Below are positions 28,940 to 38,385 of a stretch of 64,000 nt of DNA, one piece after another. A program made the translations under genes and the position numbers. The stretch is from assembly GCA_035278885.1 (NCBI GenBank), contig DATEIR010000004.1, positions 5,262 to 69,261 on the forward strand, read 5' to 3'. Source of the stretch: Gemmatimonadales bacterium. GTDB taxonomy: Bacteria; Gemmatimonadota; Gemmatimonadetes; Gemmatimonadales; GWC2-71-9. Positions within the stretch are counted from its first letter, which is position 1; every line of letters starts with the position of its first letter. The notes beneath the pieces were generated by a model, which was not told the DNA's origin, searched no databases, and saw nothing but the letters and a program-made list of their open reading frames with translations.

Positions 28940-30997
28940 GTGCTGCCGCTCGTCGCGCTTCCCGCGCTCCTGCTCGCCTTCCAGCAGCCGACCGCTACGG
29001 CCACGGCCCCCGCGCCCGGCCTTCCGCCTTCACCGGTCAAGCGGATCGAGGTGCAGCCAGCCGGCCGTACCATCACCGCCGGCGACTCGGTGCGGCTCAC
29101 GCTGCGGGCGCTGGACGAGTCCGGCAAGCCGGTGACCAGCGCGGTGCTGGCGGTCAAGCTGCTGGGCGGGCAGGGCGAGGGCGCGGTGAACGACACCACC
29201 GGGTGGCTGGTGGCCAGCTCGGTGGGCAAGTTCCCGCTCGCCCTGATCGCGCTGGTGCCCGGCACCGAGCCGTTCGTGGACTCGACCTCGGTCGAGTTCC
29301 GCGGGGTGCCGGGTCCGGCGGTACGGCTCGACGTCACCCCGGCCGCGGCCACGATCGTGCCGGGGCAGTCGCTCCGGCTCAGCGCCATCCCCTTTTCCAA
29401 GGCCAATGACCGGGCGCTGGACACGGTGCGCTGGCGGAGCAGCGCGTCGAAGGTGGTGTCGGTGGATCGCGACGGCATCATCACCGGCCGGGCCGCCGGC
29501 ACCGCCAAGGTCACCGCCTCGGTGCGCGGGGTGGATTCCACCATTGTGGTCAAGGTTCTCGGCGGCCAGCTCGGGAGTCTCGCCCTCTCGCCCGCGAAAC
29601 CCACGCTGCGCCAGGGCGACGTCGTGCGCTTCACGCTCGAGGCCCATGACGCCGCGGGCAAGCCGGTCACCGGGCTCACGCCCAGCTGGAGCTTCTCCCC
29701 GGGCGACGGACAGCTCGGTGCCGACGGGCAGTTCGTCGCCTACAGGCCCGGTCCGTACACCGTCACGGCGACGGTGGGCCGCCACGCCGCGAGCGCCAAC
29801 GTCATGGTGGGCGAGCGCGAGGTGCGCCGCTCGGTCACCGTGGTGGGGCGGCTGCCCCGCACCGCGTTCGCCACCTCCGAGGTCTGGATCCACCCCAACG
29901 GGAAAGTCGCCTACCTCGGCACCCACATGGGCGGCGACCGGGTGTATGCCATCGACATCAGCAACCCCGGCAATCCGGTGGTGGTCGACTCGATCCTGGC
30001 GAACACCCGGCTGGTGAACGACATGCAGACGACGCCCGACGGGAACTACATGGTCTTCACCCGGGAGGGCGCGGCGGACCGGAAGAACGGCATCGTCATC
30101 GCCGACACCCACGATCCGCTCCACCCCAAGGAGATCTCCCAGTTCACCGACGGCGTCGCCGGCGGGGTGCACTCGGTGTACATCTACGAGCACCCACAGT
30201 ACGGGCGGTACGTCTTCCTGACCAACGACGGCACCGGCGCGATCGACATCGTCAACCTGTCCGATCCCGCCAAGCCGGTCCGCGCCGGCGAGTGGCGCAC
30301 CGACCGACCCGACGCCGCCCGCTACGTGCACGACCTCGACATCGTGGACGGCCTGCTCTACGCCAGCTACTGGAACGACGGACTGGTGATCCTCGACATC
30401 GGCAACGGCAAGTGGGGTGGACGGCCCGACAAGCCGACGCTGGTCTCCCAGTTCAAGTACAACCTCGACTCGCTCTACCGCGACGTGGAGGACGTGTCCG
30501 CCCCTGGCTTCACCCGCGGCACCCACACCGCGTGGCGCCAGCGGGGCGGGAAGTACGTCTTCATCGCCGACGAGGTGTACCTGAACGGCTCCATCCAGGG
30601 GGCCAAGGACGCATCGTCCAGCCGGATGTACGGCACCCTCCAGGTCATCGACGTGAGCGACATCGAGCACCCCAGGTCGGTCGCCTGGTACACGCCCGAG
30701 ATGGGTGGAGTTCACAACGTCTGGCAGGCGGGCGATACCCTGTACATGGGCGCCTACGATGCCGGCTTCCATGTCTTCGACATCTCCGGCGAGCTCAAGG
30801 GCGACCTCCGGGCCCAGCAGCGGGAAATGGCGTCGCTCAACACCGCCGACATGGGCGGCGTGGTGCAGAACGCGGCGTTCGATTGGGGCGTCGTGGTGAA
30901 CCCGAAGGACGGGTTGGCCTACGTGAACGATTTCAACAACGGACTCTGGGTGGTGCGGGTCAATCCGCGCCGGCCCCAAGGGCCGGTCATACCATGA
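28940..30997 (+). CDS. secreted Ig-like domain plus LVIVD-repeat protein
   Basis: WRSSASKVVSVDRDG Ig; YAIDISNP, LVILDIG, LQVIDVSD repeats. Confidence 0.8.
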   Translation: MLPLVALPALLLAFQQPTATATAPAPGLPPSPVKRIEVQPAGRTITAGDSVRLTLRALDESGKPVTSAVLAVKLLGGQGEGAVNDTTGWLVASSVGKFPLALIALVPGTEPFVDSTSVEFRGVPGPAVRLDVTPAAATIVPGQSLRLSAIPFSKANDRALDTVRWRSSASKVVSVDRDGIITGRAAGTAKVTASVRGVDSTIVVKVLGGQLGSLALSPAKPTLRQGDVVRFTLEAHDAAGKPVTGLTPSWSFSPGDGQLGADGQFVAYRPGPYTVTATVGRHAASANVMVGEREVRRSVTVVGRLPRTAFATSEVWIHPNGKVAYLGTHMGGDRVYAIDISNPGNPVVVDSILANTRLVNDMQTTPDGNYMVFTREGAADRKNGIVIADTHDPLHPKEISQFTDGVAGGVHSVYIYEHPQYGRYVFLTNDGTGAIDIVNLSDPAKPVRAGEWRTDRPDAARYVHDLDIVDGLLYASYWNDGLVILDIGNGKWGGRPDKPTLVSQFKYNLDSLYRDVEDVSAPGFTRGTHTAWRQRGGKYVFIADEVYLNGSIQGAKDASSSRMYGTLQVIDVSDIEHPRSVAWYTPEMGGVHNVWQAGDTLYMGAYDAGFHVFDISGELKGDLRAQQREMASLNTADMGGVVQNAAFDWGVVVNPKDGLAYVNDFNNGLWVVRVNPRRPQGPVIP

Positions 30998-32085
30998 TCG
31001 CGCTGCTCGCCGCGCTGGCGATCGCCGGCAGCCCGCCCGGCCCTCCCGACCGAGACTACCTGCTGTTCGTGGCGAGCGAGGGCAACGACCGGATCGCGCT
31101 GGTGCGATTCGGGCCGACCGGCGCGCGGGTCGAGCGTGAGCGGCGGATCAGCCTCAATCCCACCGAGCTGGCCGGGCCCCACGGACTGTCGGTGAGCCCC
31201 GACGGGCGGTGGTACTACGTGACCACGGCGCACGGCACTCCGGACGGGGCGCTGTGGAAGTTCGCCACCGCTGGCGACAGCCAGGCCGGCAGGGTGACGC
31301 TGGGCCGGTTTCCCGCCACGCTCCAGGTTGCCCCCGGCGGACATTACGGCTGGACGGTGAACTTCAACCTCTACGGCGACATGGTCCCGAGCTCGGTATC
31401 GGTAGTCTGGCTCGACCGGATGCTGGAGGTGAAGCGGATTCCTACCTGCGTCATGCCGCACGGCTCCCGGCTCTCGCCGGACGGGCGGCGGCACTACTCG
31501 GTCTGCATGATGAACGACGTGCTGGTCGAGATCGACGCCGACAAGCTGGCGGTCTCGCGCCACTTCCTCGTCGCTCCCGGCGCCGAAAAGGGGATGGACG
31601 GCCCGCCGACCGCTGTGGCGATGGGCAAGGTGACCTGCTCGCCCACCTGGGCGCAGCCATCCGCCGACGGACGCACCGTCTGGGTCGCCTGCAACAAGGC
31701 CAACGACATCGTCGAGATCGATGTCGGCTCGTGGACCATGCGGCGGCGGATTCCGGCGGGTGAGGGGATCTACAACCTGGCTGCGAGCCCGGACGGCCGC
31801 CTGCTGGTCGGGACCAACAAGAAGGGCAAGACGGTGTCGGTGATCGACACCCGGAGCGGCAAGGAGCTGGGCCGGATCGCCACCTCGCGCCAGCTGCCGA
31901 GCGGACTCGTGATCTCGCCGGACAGCCGCTACGCCTTCGTGACCCTGGAGGGGGTCGGCGCCGAGCCCGGGACGGTGGATGTACTGGACCTGACGACGCT
32001 GACCCGGGTGGCGAGCGTGGACGTGGGGCAGCAGGCTGGCGGGATCGATTTCTGGAAGGTGGAGGCCCCCGCCCACACCAACTGA
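30994..32085 (+). CDS. YncE/YVTN beta-propeller protein
   Basis: PHGLSVSPDGRWYYV, SPDGRLL, VSVIDT, SPDSRYAFV; ATGA overlap with upstream gene. Confidence 0.85.
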   Translation: MIALLAALAIAGSPPGPPDRDYLLFVASEGNDRIALVRFGPTGARVERERRISLNPTELAGPHGLSVSPDGRWYYVTTAHGTPDGALWKFATAGDSQAGRVTLGRFPATLQVAPGGHYGWTVNFNLYGDMVPSSVSVVWLDRMLEVKRIPTCVMPHGSRLSPDGRRHYSVCMMNDVLVEIDADKLAVSRHFLVAPGAEKGMDGPPTAVAMGKVTCSPTWAQPSADGRTVWVACNKANDIVEIDVGSWTMRRRIPAGEGIYNLAASPDGRLLVGTNKKGKTVSVIDTRSGKELGRIATSRQLPSGLVISPDSRYAFVTLEGVGAEPGTVDVLDLTTLTRVASVDVGQQAGGIDFWKVEAPAHTN

Positions 32086-32111
32086 TGAATTTTTCTACAC
32101 CGCCTTCCCTC

Positions 32112-32140
32112 TTGACCGTTTCAGGATTGTAGCGTACTCT
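32112..32140 (+). promoter_or_regulatory. sigma70-type promoter of the TPR gene
   Basis: TTGACC-17 nt-TACTCT. Confidence 0.55.
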
Positions 32141-32167
32141 GACGGAGCCTCCTCCAACCGATCCAGC

Positions 32168-33220
32168 ATGAATCCAGGCAGTACCGCCACCGCCGCCCGG
32201 CGTCCCGCCGAGGCGTGGGTCGACGTTCCTGAGCTGCTGCGGCAGGCCCGCGAGTTCGAGCTCGCCGGGCATGTCCGCGCCGCCGAGGCGGCATACGACG
32301 CCGTCATCGTGAGCGCCACGCGCCAGGACGATCAGGCCGCGCTGGCCGAGGCCTTCCGCCGCCGCGCCATCATGGCGCACCAGTGCGGCGACTCGCCCCG
32401 GGCTCGCAGCGGCCTGCGCCAGAGCTACGCCGTGGCCGCCATGCTCGGCAACCGACGCCTGATGGCCGAGACGCTCAACGCGGTGGGCGGCCTGGAGCTG
32501 GAGACCCGCAACCTGGTCGCCGCCGAAGCCGTCCTGACCGAGGCGCTCGAGCTCGCGGCCGACCATCCGTCGGTGCTCGCCCGGGTGGCGCAGAACCTCG
32601 GGATCGTGGCCAACATCCGGGGCGACCTGCCCGCGGCCGAAGCGCACTACCGGCGCTCGCTCTCCGCGTTCGAGTCCCTGGGCGACCGGAGCGGCAGCGC
32701 GATCACATTGCACAACCTGGGCATGCTCACCGCCGACCGCGGCGCCCACGACGAGGCATGCGCGCTCTATCGCGAATGCGAACGGCAGGCGGATGGCTCT
32801 ACCGACGCCCATCTCGCGGCGCTCTGCCGGGTCAACCACGCCGAGTCGCTCCTCGCGCTGGGCGAGGTGAGCGAGGCGCGCGCCACGGTCGAGCGGGCCG
32901 GACGCTCGCTCGAGGCGCTTGGCTCCCGGTTCGACGCCCCGGATGTCGAGCGCGTGCTGGCGCTCTGCGACCGAGCCGAGGGGCAGGACGCCCAGGCGGA
33001 GACCCGGCTGGGGCGGGCCCGCGAGCTGGCGCAGCTCACCGATGCGCGCCTCACCGTCGCCGAAATCGCCCGGGACCTTGGCCGGCTCTATGCCCAGACC
33101 GGCCGGCCCACCCAGGCGCGCAGCGCGCTCCGCGAGGCCGTGGACGCCTTCGGCGATCTCGGTGCCCTGGGCGAGGCCCGAGCCACCCGCCTCGAGCTGG
33201 AGACCCTCGCCATCCGCTGA
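32168..33220 (+). CDS. tetratricopeptide repeat protein
   Basis: QNLGIVANIRGDLPAAEAHYRRSL, HNLGML repeats; no signal peptide. Confidence 0.85.
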   Translation: MNPGSTATAARRPAEAWVDVPELLRQAREFELAGHVRAAEAAYDAVIVSATRQDDQAALAEAFRRRAIMAHQCGDSPRARSGLRQSYAVAAMLGNRRLMAETLNAVGGLELETRNLVAAEAVLTEALELAADHPSVLARVAQNLGIVANIRGDLPAAEAHYRRSLSAFESLGDRSGSAITLHNLGMLTADRGAHDEACALYRECERQADGSTDAHLAALCRVNHAESLLALGEVSEARATVERAGRSLEALGSRFDAPDVERVLALCDRAEGQDAQAETRLGRARELAQLTDARLTVAEIARDLGRLYAQTGRPTQARSALREAVDAFGDLGALGEARATRLELETLAIR

Positions 33221-33239
33221 TTCCCCGCAAGCTCCCGCC

Positions 33240-33274
33240 TTGACACCGTTAGACAGTTTGATAATCGTTAAACT
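33240..33274 (+). promoter_or_regulatory. promoter/operator of the ArsR gene
   Basis: TTGACA at 33240; imperfect palindrome AGTTTGAT-aatc-GTTAAACT abutting the ATG. Confidence 0.6.
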
Positions 33275-33601
33275 ATGTCGACGCGGACGCCGTCCCGGTC
33301 TGCGCTCTCGGAAGCGCAGTTCACCCTGATCGCCAAGGCGCTCGCCGATCCTCGGCGGATGGCGCTGCTGGAGACGATCTCGGGCGGGCGGGAGTGTCCC
33401 TGCGCCCGGCTGGGCTCGATGTTCCCGGTGTCCAAGGCCACGATTTCCCACCACATGAAGGAGCTGGTGACCGCCGGGCTGGTGGAGTCTCGGCGGGAAG
33501 GCCAGTACCTCCATTACTGCATCCGGCGGGACACGCTCCAGGCCTATACGGCGGAGCTGCTCCGGCGGGCGGGCGGGAAAGGGGAGCAGAAACAGGGCTG
33601 A
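33275..33601 (+). CDS. ArsR/SmtB family transcriptional regulator
   Basis: KALADPRR, VSKATISHHMKEL..AGLV..RREG. Confidence 0.93.
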   Translation: MSTRTPSRSALSEAQFTLIAKALADPRRMALLETISGGRECPCARLGSMFPVSKATISHHMKELVTAGLVESRREGQYLHYCIRRDTLQAYTAELLRRAGGKGEQKQG

Positions 33602-33783
33602 CCTGTACCGCGGGGACGCAGGGCGGTCCCGGAGGTCGAAGGTGTTGATGGTTCGACGGTTATACAACTGTTTTTACTCGGCACGGCGGCCATGGGCGAA
33701 GCTGCCGGCGTCCCCTGCGGGGCCCTTCCGTCGCATTCACCATGGGCGTCCCGTCTGAACCCTGTGTGGTGAGGAGTCGTCTC

Positions 33784-35259
33784 ATGCGGAATCCCGCGAT
33801 CACGCTCGCGGTCCTGTGCTCGGCGGTGCTCGCGGCCTGCGGAGCGCCCGAGTACCAATCCCCGCCGGTCCCCGTGCCGGCCCACTTCCGCGAGCCGGCC
33901 GATCCGGCGGCCACCCCGGCGTCGCCCAACGCGGTGCCGTCGGCGTTTCCCCCGCCGGCCGACTCCGGTGTGGCGGCCGCGGGGCAGGCGGCAGAGGCCG
34001 CCTGGCGGGTGCTCGGCGACACGACGCTCGACCGGCTGGTGACCGAGCTGGCCGGCGCCAACCTCGACGTGCGTGCCGCCGCGGCGCGGGTCCAGGGCGC
34101 GCGGTCGCTCAGGGCGGAGAGCACCTTCGACCTCGCGCCCACGATCACCTTCGGCGGAGGCTACACCCGGCAGCGGATCTCCGCCGCCACCTTCCCGGTG
34201 GCCGCGGAAAGGTTTCCCGATCAGGGGATCTGGGACGCGGGCTTCGACGCCTCGTGGGAGATCGACCTCTTCGGCCGCCTCCGCAAGAACATCCAGGCGC
34301 AGAGCGCCTTCGTCGCGGTCAGCCAGGAGGACCTGCGCAACATTCAGGTCTCGCTCACGGCCGAGCTCGCGCGGGCGTACTTCGAGCTGCGCGGGGCGCA
34401 GGAGCGTCTGGCGGTGGCGCAGCGCAACGCCGAGAACCAGCAGCACACCTACCAGCTGACCAAGGATCGCCTGGACGCCGGGCGGGGCACCGCGTTCGAT
34501 ACCGAGCGGGCGCAGGCGCAGCTCTCGTTCACGCTCGCGTCGATTCCCGCGCTCCAGTCGGCGGTCTCCGAAGCGCAGTACCAGGTCGGCGTGCTGGTCG
34601 GGCGGCCACCGGCGGTGGTGGCGGCGGAGCTCAAGCCGGCGCCGCTGCCCGCGCTGCCCGCCCCCACCGCGATCGCCTCGGCGGACTCGATTATCCGCCA
34701 TCGCCCGGACGTCGCCGCCGCCGAGCGACAGATAGCCGCCGAGAACGCCCTGGTGGGCTCCGCCAAGGCGGAGTATCTCCCCCGGCTCAGCGTGGGCGGG
34801 CAGGTGGGATTCACCAACACCAACCTCGACTCGTTCACCGACGAGAACGGCTTCCGCTATGCGGTCGGGCCGGTCGTCACCTGGCCGGCGCTGAATCTGG
34901 GGCGGGTAAAGGCGCGGGTGGACCAGTCGCGCGCGCGGGCGGCGGAGGCCGAAGCGGCCTACGGTCAGACGGTGCTGCTGGCGCAGCAGGAGGTGGAGAC
35001 CGCGCTGTCCCGGTATCGCACGGCGCGGGAGCGGGTGGCCCAGGTTCAGAACGCCGCGTCGGCCAGTGAGCGCGCGGCCGAGCTGGCCCGGCTCCGCTTC
35101 ACCGGCGGCGTGGCCGACTTCCTCCAGGTGCTCGACGCGGAGCGGACCCAGCTCGACGCCGAGGACCAGCTCGCGCAGGGACGCACTGACGCGGCCACCG
35201 CGTACGCCGCGCTCTACAAGGCTCTCGGCGGAACCGCGCCGGCCTCCAGCGCGGACTGA
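33784..35259 (+). CDS. efflux outer-membrane lipoprotein, NodT/TolC family
   Basis: LAAC lipobox, ASWEIDLFG, RPDVAAAE, VLDAER, LYKALGG; GAGGAG SD. Confidence 0.93.
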   Translation: MRNPAITLAVLCSAVLAACGAPEYQSPPVPVPAHFREPADPAATPASPNAVPSAFPPPADSGVAAAGQAAEAAWRVLGDTTLDRLVTELAGANLDVRAAAARVQGARSLRAESTFDLAPTITFGGGYTRQRISAATFPVAAERFPDQGIWDAGFDASWEIDLFGRLRKNIQAQSAFVAVSQEDLRNIQVSLTAELARAYFELRGAQERLAVAQRNAENQQHTYQLTKDRLDAGRGTAFDTERAQAQLSFTLASIPALQSAVSEAQYQVGVLVGRPPAVVAAELKPAPLPALPAPTAIASADSIIRHRPDVAAAERQIAAENALVGSAKAEYLPRLSVGGQVGFTNTNLDSFTDENGFRYAVGPVVTWPALNLGRVKARVDQSRARAAEAEAAYGQTVLLAQQEVETALSRYRTARERVAQVQNAASASERAAELARLRFTGGVADFLQVLDAERTQLDAEDQLAQGRTDAATAYAALYKALGGTAPASSAD

Positions 35260-35273
35260 CCTTCGGCGGCTCG

Positions 35274-35308
35274 GCGGGCGCGATCCTCACACGTGGGTCG
35301 CGCCCGCG
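35274..35308. terminator. hairpin between convergent genes
   Basis: GCGGGCGCGATCC-N8-GGGTCGCGCCCGC. Confidence 0.55.
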
Positions 35309-35325
35309 CTCGTTGGCCCGTCACC

Positions 35326-35949
35326 TCAGGCGGGCACGCCGTCGAAGAAGTCCACCACCCCGGTATCCAGCGAATACTCCGCACCCACCACCAGTAACCC
35401 ATCCGCGGCGATCAGCTGCTCCAGGATCGCCGACCCGTGCCGCAGGTGGTTGGCCGAAGCGCGGATGTTGGCCCGCACCGCGTGGTGGTGCAGTGCGGCC
35501 GGGTCGCGGGCGATGTCGGTGTGCAGCAGCGCCTCGACGGACGGACGCACCCGATCCACGATGGACCGGAGGTTCATGGACTGGGTTTCGCGGGTGCGGC
35601 GGAGCTCCTCGAGGGTGGCCGTGATGGCCCCGCATTGGGAGTGCCCGAGCACCACTACCAGCCGGGTATTGAATCGGGCCGCGGCGAACTCGACGGAGCC
35701 CACCTGCGACGGCGCGACGATGTTGCCCGCCACCCGGATCACGAACAGGTCGCCCAACCCCTGATCGAAGACGAGCTCGGCGGGGACCCGGGAGTCGGAA
35801 CAGCCCAGGATGATGGCGAACGGCTCCTGCGTGGTGGCGAGCTCGTGACGGCGGCGCTGACTGACATCGGCGCCGGACGGCAGCGCATCGGAGACGAACC
35901 TGCGGTTGCCGTCGCGCAGGCGAGTCAAGGCTTCTAGAGCGGGGATCAT
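35326..35949 (-). CDS. beta-class carbonic anhydrase
   Basis: LGCSDSRV, IRVAGN, LGHSQCGA. Confidence 0.95.
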   Translation of the reverse strand: MIPALEALTRLRDGNRRFVSDALPSGADVSQRRRHELATTQEPFAIILGCSDSRVPAELVFDQGLGDLFVIRVAGNIVAPSQVGSVEFAAARFNTRLVVVLGHSQCGAITATLEELRRTRETQSMNLRSIVDRVRPSVEALLHTDIARDPAALHHHAVRANIRASANHLRHGSAILEQLIAADGLLVVGAEYSLDTGVVDFFDGVPA

Positions 35950-36019
35950 GGCCTCTCTCGGTTCGGGTGCGGCTCCGTCCCAAGTTAGCACCATGCCTCG
36001 GCCGCACGCCGCCGCGTCG

Positions 36020-36493
36020 CTAGTGCCGGCAATCCATCCGGCGCATGGGGTACTCGATCCGCTTGGGGCCGTCCTTCCCCGGCCCCTCGATCCATGCGAC
36101 CAGCGAATCCGCGCCCTGCCGCCGGTAGCCGATCCGCTGGGGAAAGTCGTGCGCGGGGTTCGCCACCGTAAAGCTGTGGTCGGTGACCTCCACCGAGCGG
36201 AAGACGGCCTCGGACTGGCCCGAGGGTATCGCCGTGTAGACCAGGGTGTCGCCCACGAGCTCGAGCCGCAGCTGCTCGTACTCGCGCACCTGTCCGTCCA
36301 TGGTCGTACGGCTGGCGCCGAGCATCATGCCCGCTTCGGGCGGCATCCACATCTCTACCGCGCGCCGAGGGCCCTGGCGCAGCTCCCAGCAGCCTGCCAG
36401 CCAGCCTGGCGGCTGGACGATGGGGCCATCCGCCGCCGCGCCTGCCGCTCCGAGCCCGAGCACCGCCGCCACCGCGGCCGTCCGCAGGTCCAT
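36020..36493 (-). CDS. DUF6265-like secreted protein
   Basis: WLAGCW..EMWMPP..NPAHDFPQRIGY; GAGGAG SD. Confidence 0.75.
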   Translation of the reverse strand: MDLRTAAVAAVLGLGAAGAAADGPIVQPPGWLAGCWELRQGPRRAVEMWMPPEAGMMLGASRTTMDGQVREYEQLRLELVGDTLVYTAIPSGQSEAVFRSVEVTDHSFTVANPAHDFPQRIGYRRQGADSLVAWIEGPGKDGPKRIEYPMRRMDCRH

Positions 36494-36565
36494 GGTCGAT
36501 CTCCTCACGAGGGGAGCTGCAAGATGCATCCGTCCTGCCGAGCCGCCTTGTACCGGTGCGACAAC

Positions 36566-37384
36566 CTATCCTGTCCGCTGCCCGCCGCTGAAGGCGCGGG
36601 CCAGCTCCGGGTCGGCGCCGAAGAACGCCGACGGCGATGCGCCGGCAAAGCGGCGGAAGTCGCGAATCAGGTGGGCCTGGTCGAAGTATCCGGCGCGGGA
36701 CGCCACCCGGCTCCAGCGTCCCGGTGGAAGCCGCTCCAGCTGGCCAAAGGCGGCACGGAAGCGGAGGATGCGGCGGAACAGGGTGGGATCCATTCCCACT
36801 TCCGACTGGAAGCGGCGCTGGAGGCTCCGCGGCGTGAGTCCCACCGAACGGGCCAGGTCGCCGACGGTGCAGGACCGGTCGGTTTCGAGGCGGGCCACGG
36901 CGGCCTCGATGGGGCCGTCGGGTCGCAGATCGAGCGTGCGCGCGAGCGCGGCGCCGAGCATCGCCGCCCGGCGCCCCAGGTCGAACTCCCCGCGCACCGC
37001 ATCGAGCAGGCGTGCCTCGACGCCGCGCATCACGTCGGCCAGGGGCACGACGCGTCCGGTGAGCTCCGATTGTGGCAACGCGAGCAGGCGCTGCGCCCCG
37101 CCGGTGCGGAGCCGGATGCCGACGACGTCGGCCCCGGCGCACGACCGGAGCCGGAACGGCGCGGTGAGCTGGCCGGCCACGAGCGCCCGCTGCTGCGGCC
37201 GCGCTCGACCAGCCTGGTCCAGCTCCGCGAACGGCTCGCCCAGGTGCAGCACGATCTCGGCTCTCCCGTCGGGCACGATCGTCTGCGTCCCGGACGCGTC
37301 CGGGCCGTCGCCGGTCCGCAGAAACCAGAAGCGATGCACCACGCGGTCCAGCGGTGGCGGCGGGGAGAGCTCGAGGTAGTCCAT
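36566..37384 (-). CDS. AraC family transcriptional regulator
   Basis: IVPDG N-terminal domain; RSLQRRF..VG, GYFDQAHLIRDFRRFAG. Confidence 0.92.
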   Translation of the reverse strand: MDYLELSPPPPLDRVVHRFWFLRTGDGPDASGTQTIVPDGRAEIVLHLGEPFAELDQAGRARPQQRALVAGQLTAPFRLRSCAGADVVGIRLRTGGAQRLLALPQSELTGRVVPLADVMRGVEARLLDAVRGEFDLGRRAAMLGAALARTLDLRPDGPIEAAVARLETDRSCTVGDLARSVGLTPRSLQRRFQSEVGMDPTLFRRILRFRAAFGQLERLPPGRWSRVASRAGYFDQAHLIRDFRRFAGASPSAFFGADPELARAFSGGQRTG

Positions 37385-37443
37385 GCACTCAGGTGATGAG
37401 ATGGCGGCGTCGACCCGATGGGGGCGGCCCCCCGGGATGACGA

Positions 37444-38385
37444 TTACGGTCGGACCCGTGCCACCAGACCGAGCGGAACCCTCCGGGTGCCGGGCCAGCT
37501 CCAGGTGTCCGCGCCGTGGCGCAGCAGCAGCTGGCCGGAGATTCCGCCGTCCAGGAGCACCGCCTGGCGACAGCCCAGGGCTCCCATTACCGCCGCCATC
37601 TCTGGGGTGGTGAGACCGAACGGGATCCGCCCGAGCTCGGGGCCGAGCGCGTCGAACCGGGTGAGCGCGACGACCACCTGACCGCCTGCCGTCGTACCGA
37701 GGGCGAGCCGGGCGTCGCGATGGTCATGACTGACGCCGAGGCCGGGTGCCCGTACCGGCTCCGGAACGGCTCCATCCTGCAGCAGCATGGGATAGCTCTG
37801 GAAGGCCTCGCGCAGGCCGCCGGCGGCGCGGGCCGCCTCGACGCTGTCGGGCGACACGACCCGCACTCGTCCCGCATCGTCCACCGTGACCGCGCCCGCC
37901 AGCGGCGCGTACTGCGGCCGGAGCACTTCCCGCCCGCCGGTCAGGACCCAGCCCCACGGCAGCGACCCCCGGAACTGCCCCGCGTCGAGCGCCACCGCCG
38001 CGTCCGCCGCGGCGTCGCCGATGGTCCACTCGCGGTTCCGGGTGAAGGCGGGGTCCAGCGTCAGGTCGACTCGCGCGGGGTCGAGTCGCACCACTACCAC
38101 GCGGGTCCGCCAGGCTTCGCTCGCCCCGCGGAGCTGCAGCTCACCCCATTCCACGCCGGGCCGACCCGGCCGCCAATGGATTCGTTCGGCGAGCGGCGCG
38201 TCGCCGGTCCAGCGAGCCGGCGCGGCATCGCGCCGCCACCAGGTGTCCCATCCCGCCCAGGTGCGCACCGCGAGGGTGTCACTCGAGCGGGAGACGCCGG
38301 CGCGCGTCCCTGCCGCACCTGCCAGGAGCGCGGCCGAGCCCGCCGCCAGCGCCAGACGTGCGAATCGCATCGGATCTACTGACAC
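37444..38385 (-). CDS. phosphodiester glycosidase (NAGPA-like) family protein
   Basis: FQSYPMLL, ARLALG, AVLLDGGISGQ; start 38385 or 38370. Confidence 0.7.
   Translation of the reverse strand: MSVDPMRFARLALAAGSAALLAGAAGTRAGVSRSSDTLAVRTWAGWDTWWRRDAAPARWTGDAPLAERIHWRPGRPGVEWGELQLRGASEAWRTRVVVVRLDPARVDLTLDPAFTRNREWTIGDAAADAAVALDAGQFRGSLPWGWVLTGGREVLRPQYAPLAGAVTVDDAGRVRVVSPDSVEAARAAGGLREAFQSYPMLLQDGAVPEPVRAPGLGVSHDHRDARLALGTTAGGQVVVALTRFDALGPELGRIPFGLTTPEMAAVMGALGCRQAVLLDGGISGQLLLRHGADTWSWPGTRRVPLGLVARVRP

Noticed and set aside
25118..33667. Long ORFs 25118..27490(+), 29030..30979(-), 31451..33667(-)
   Set aside because: Shadow frames of real genes, Arg/Gly/Pro-rich with no family signatures.
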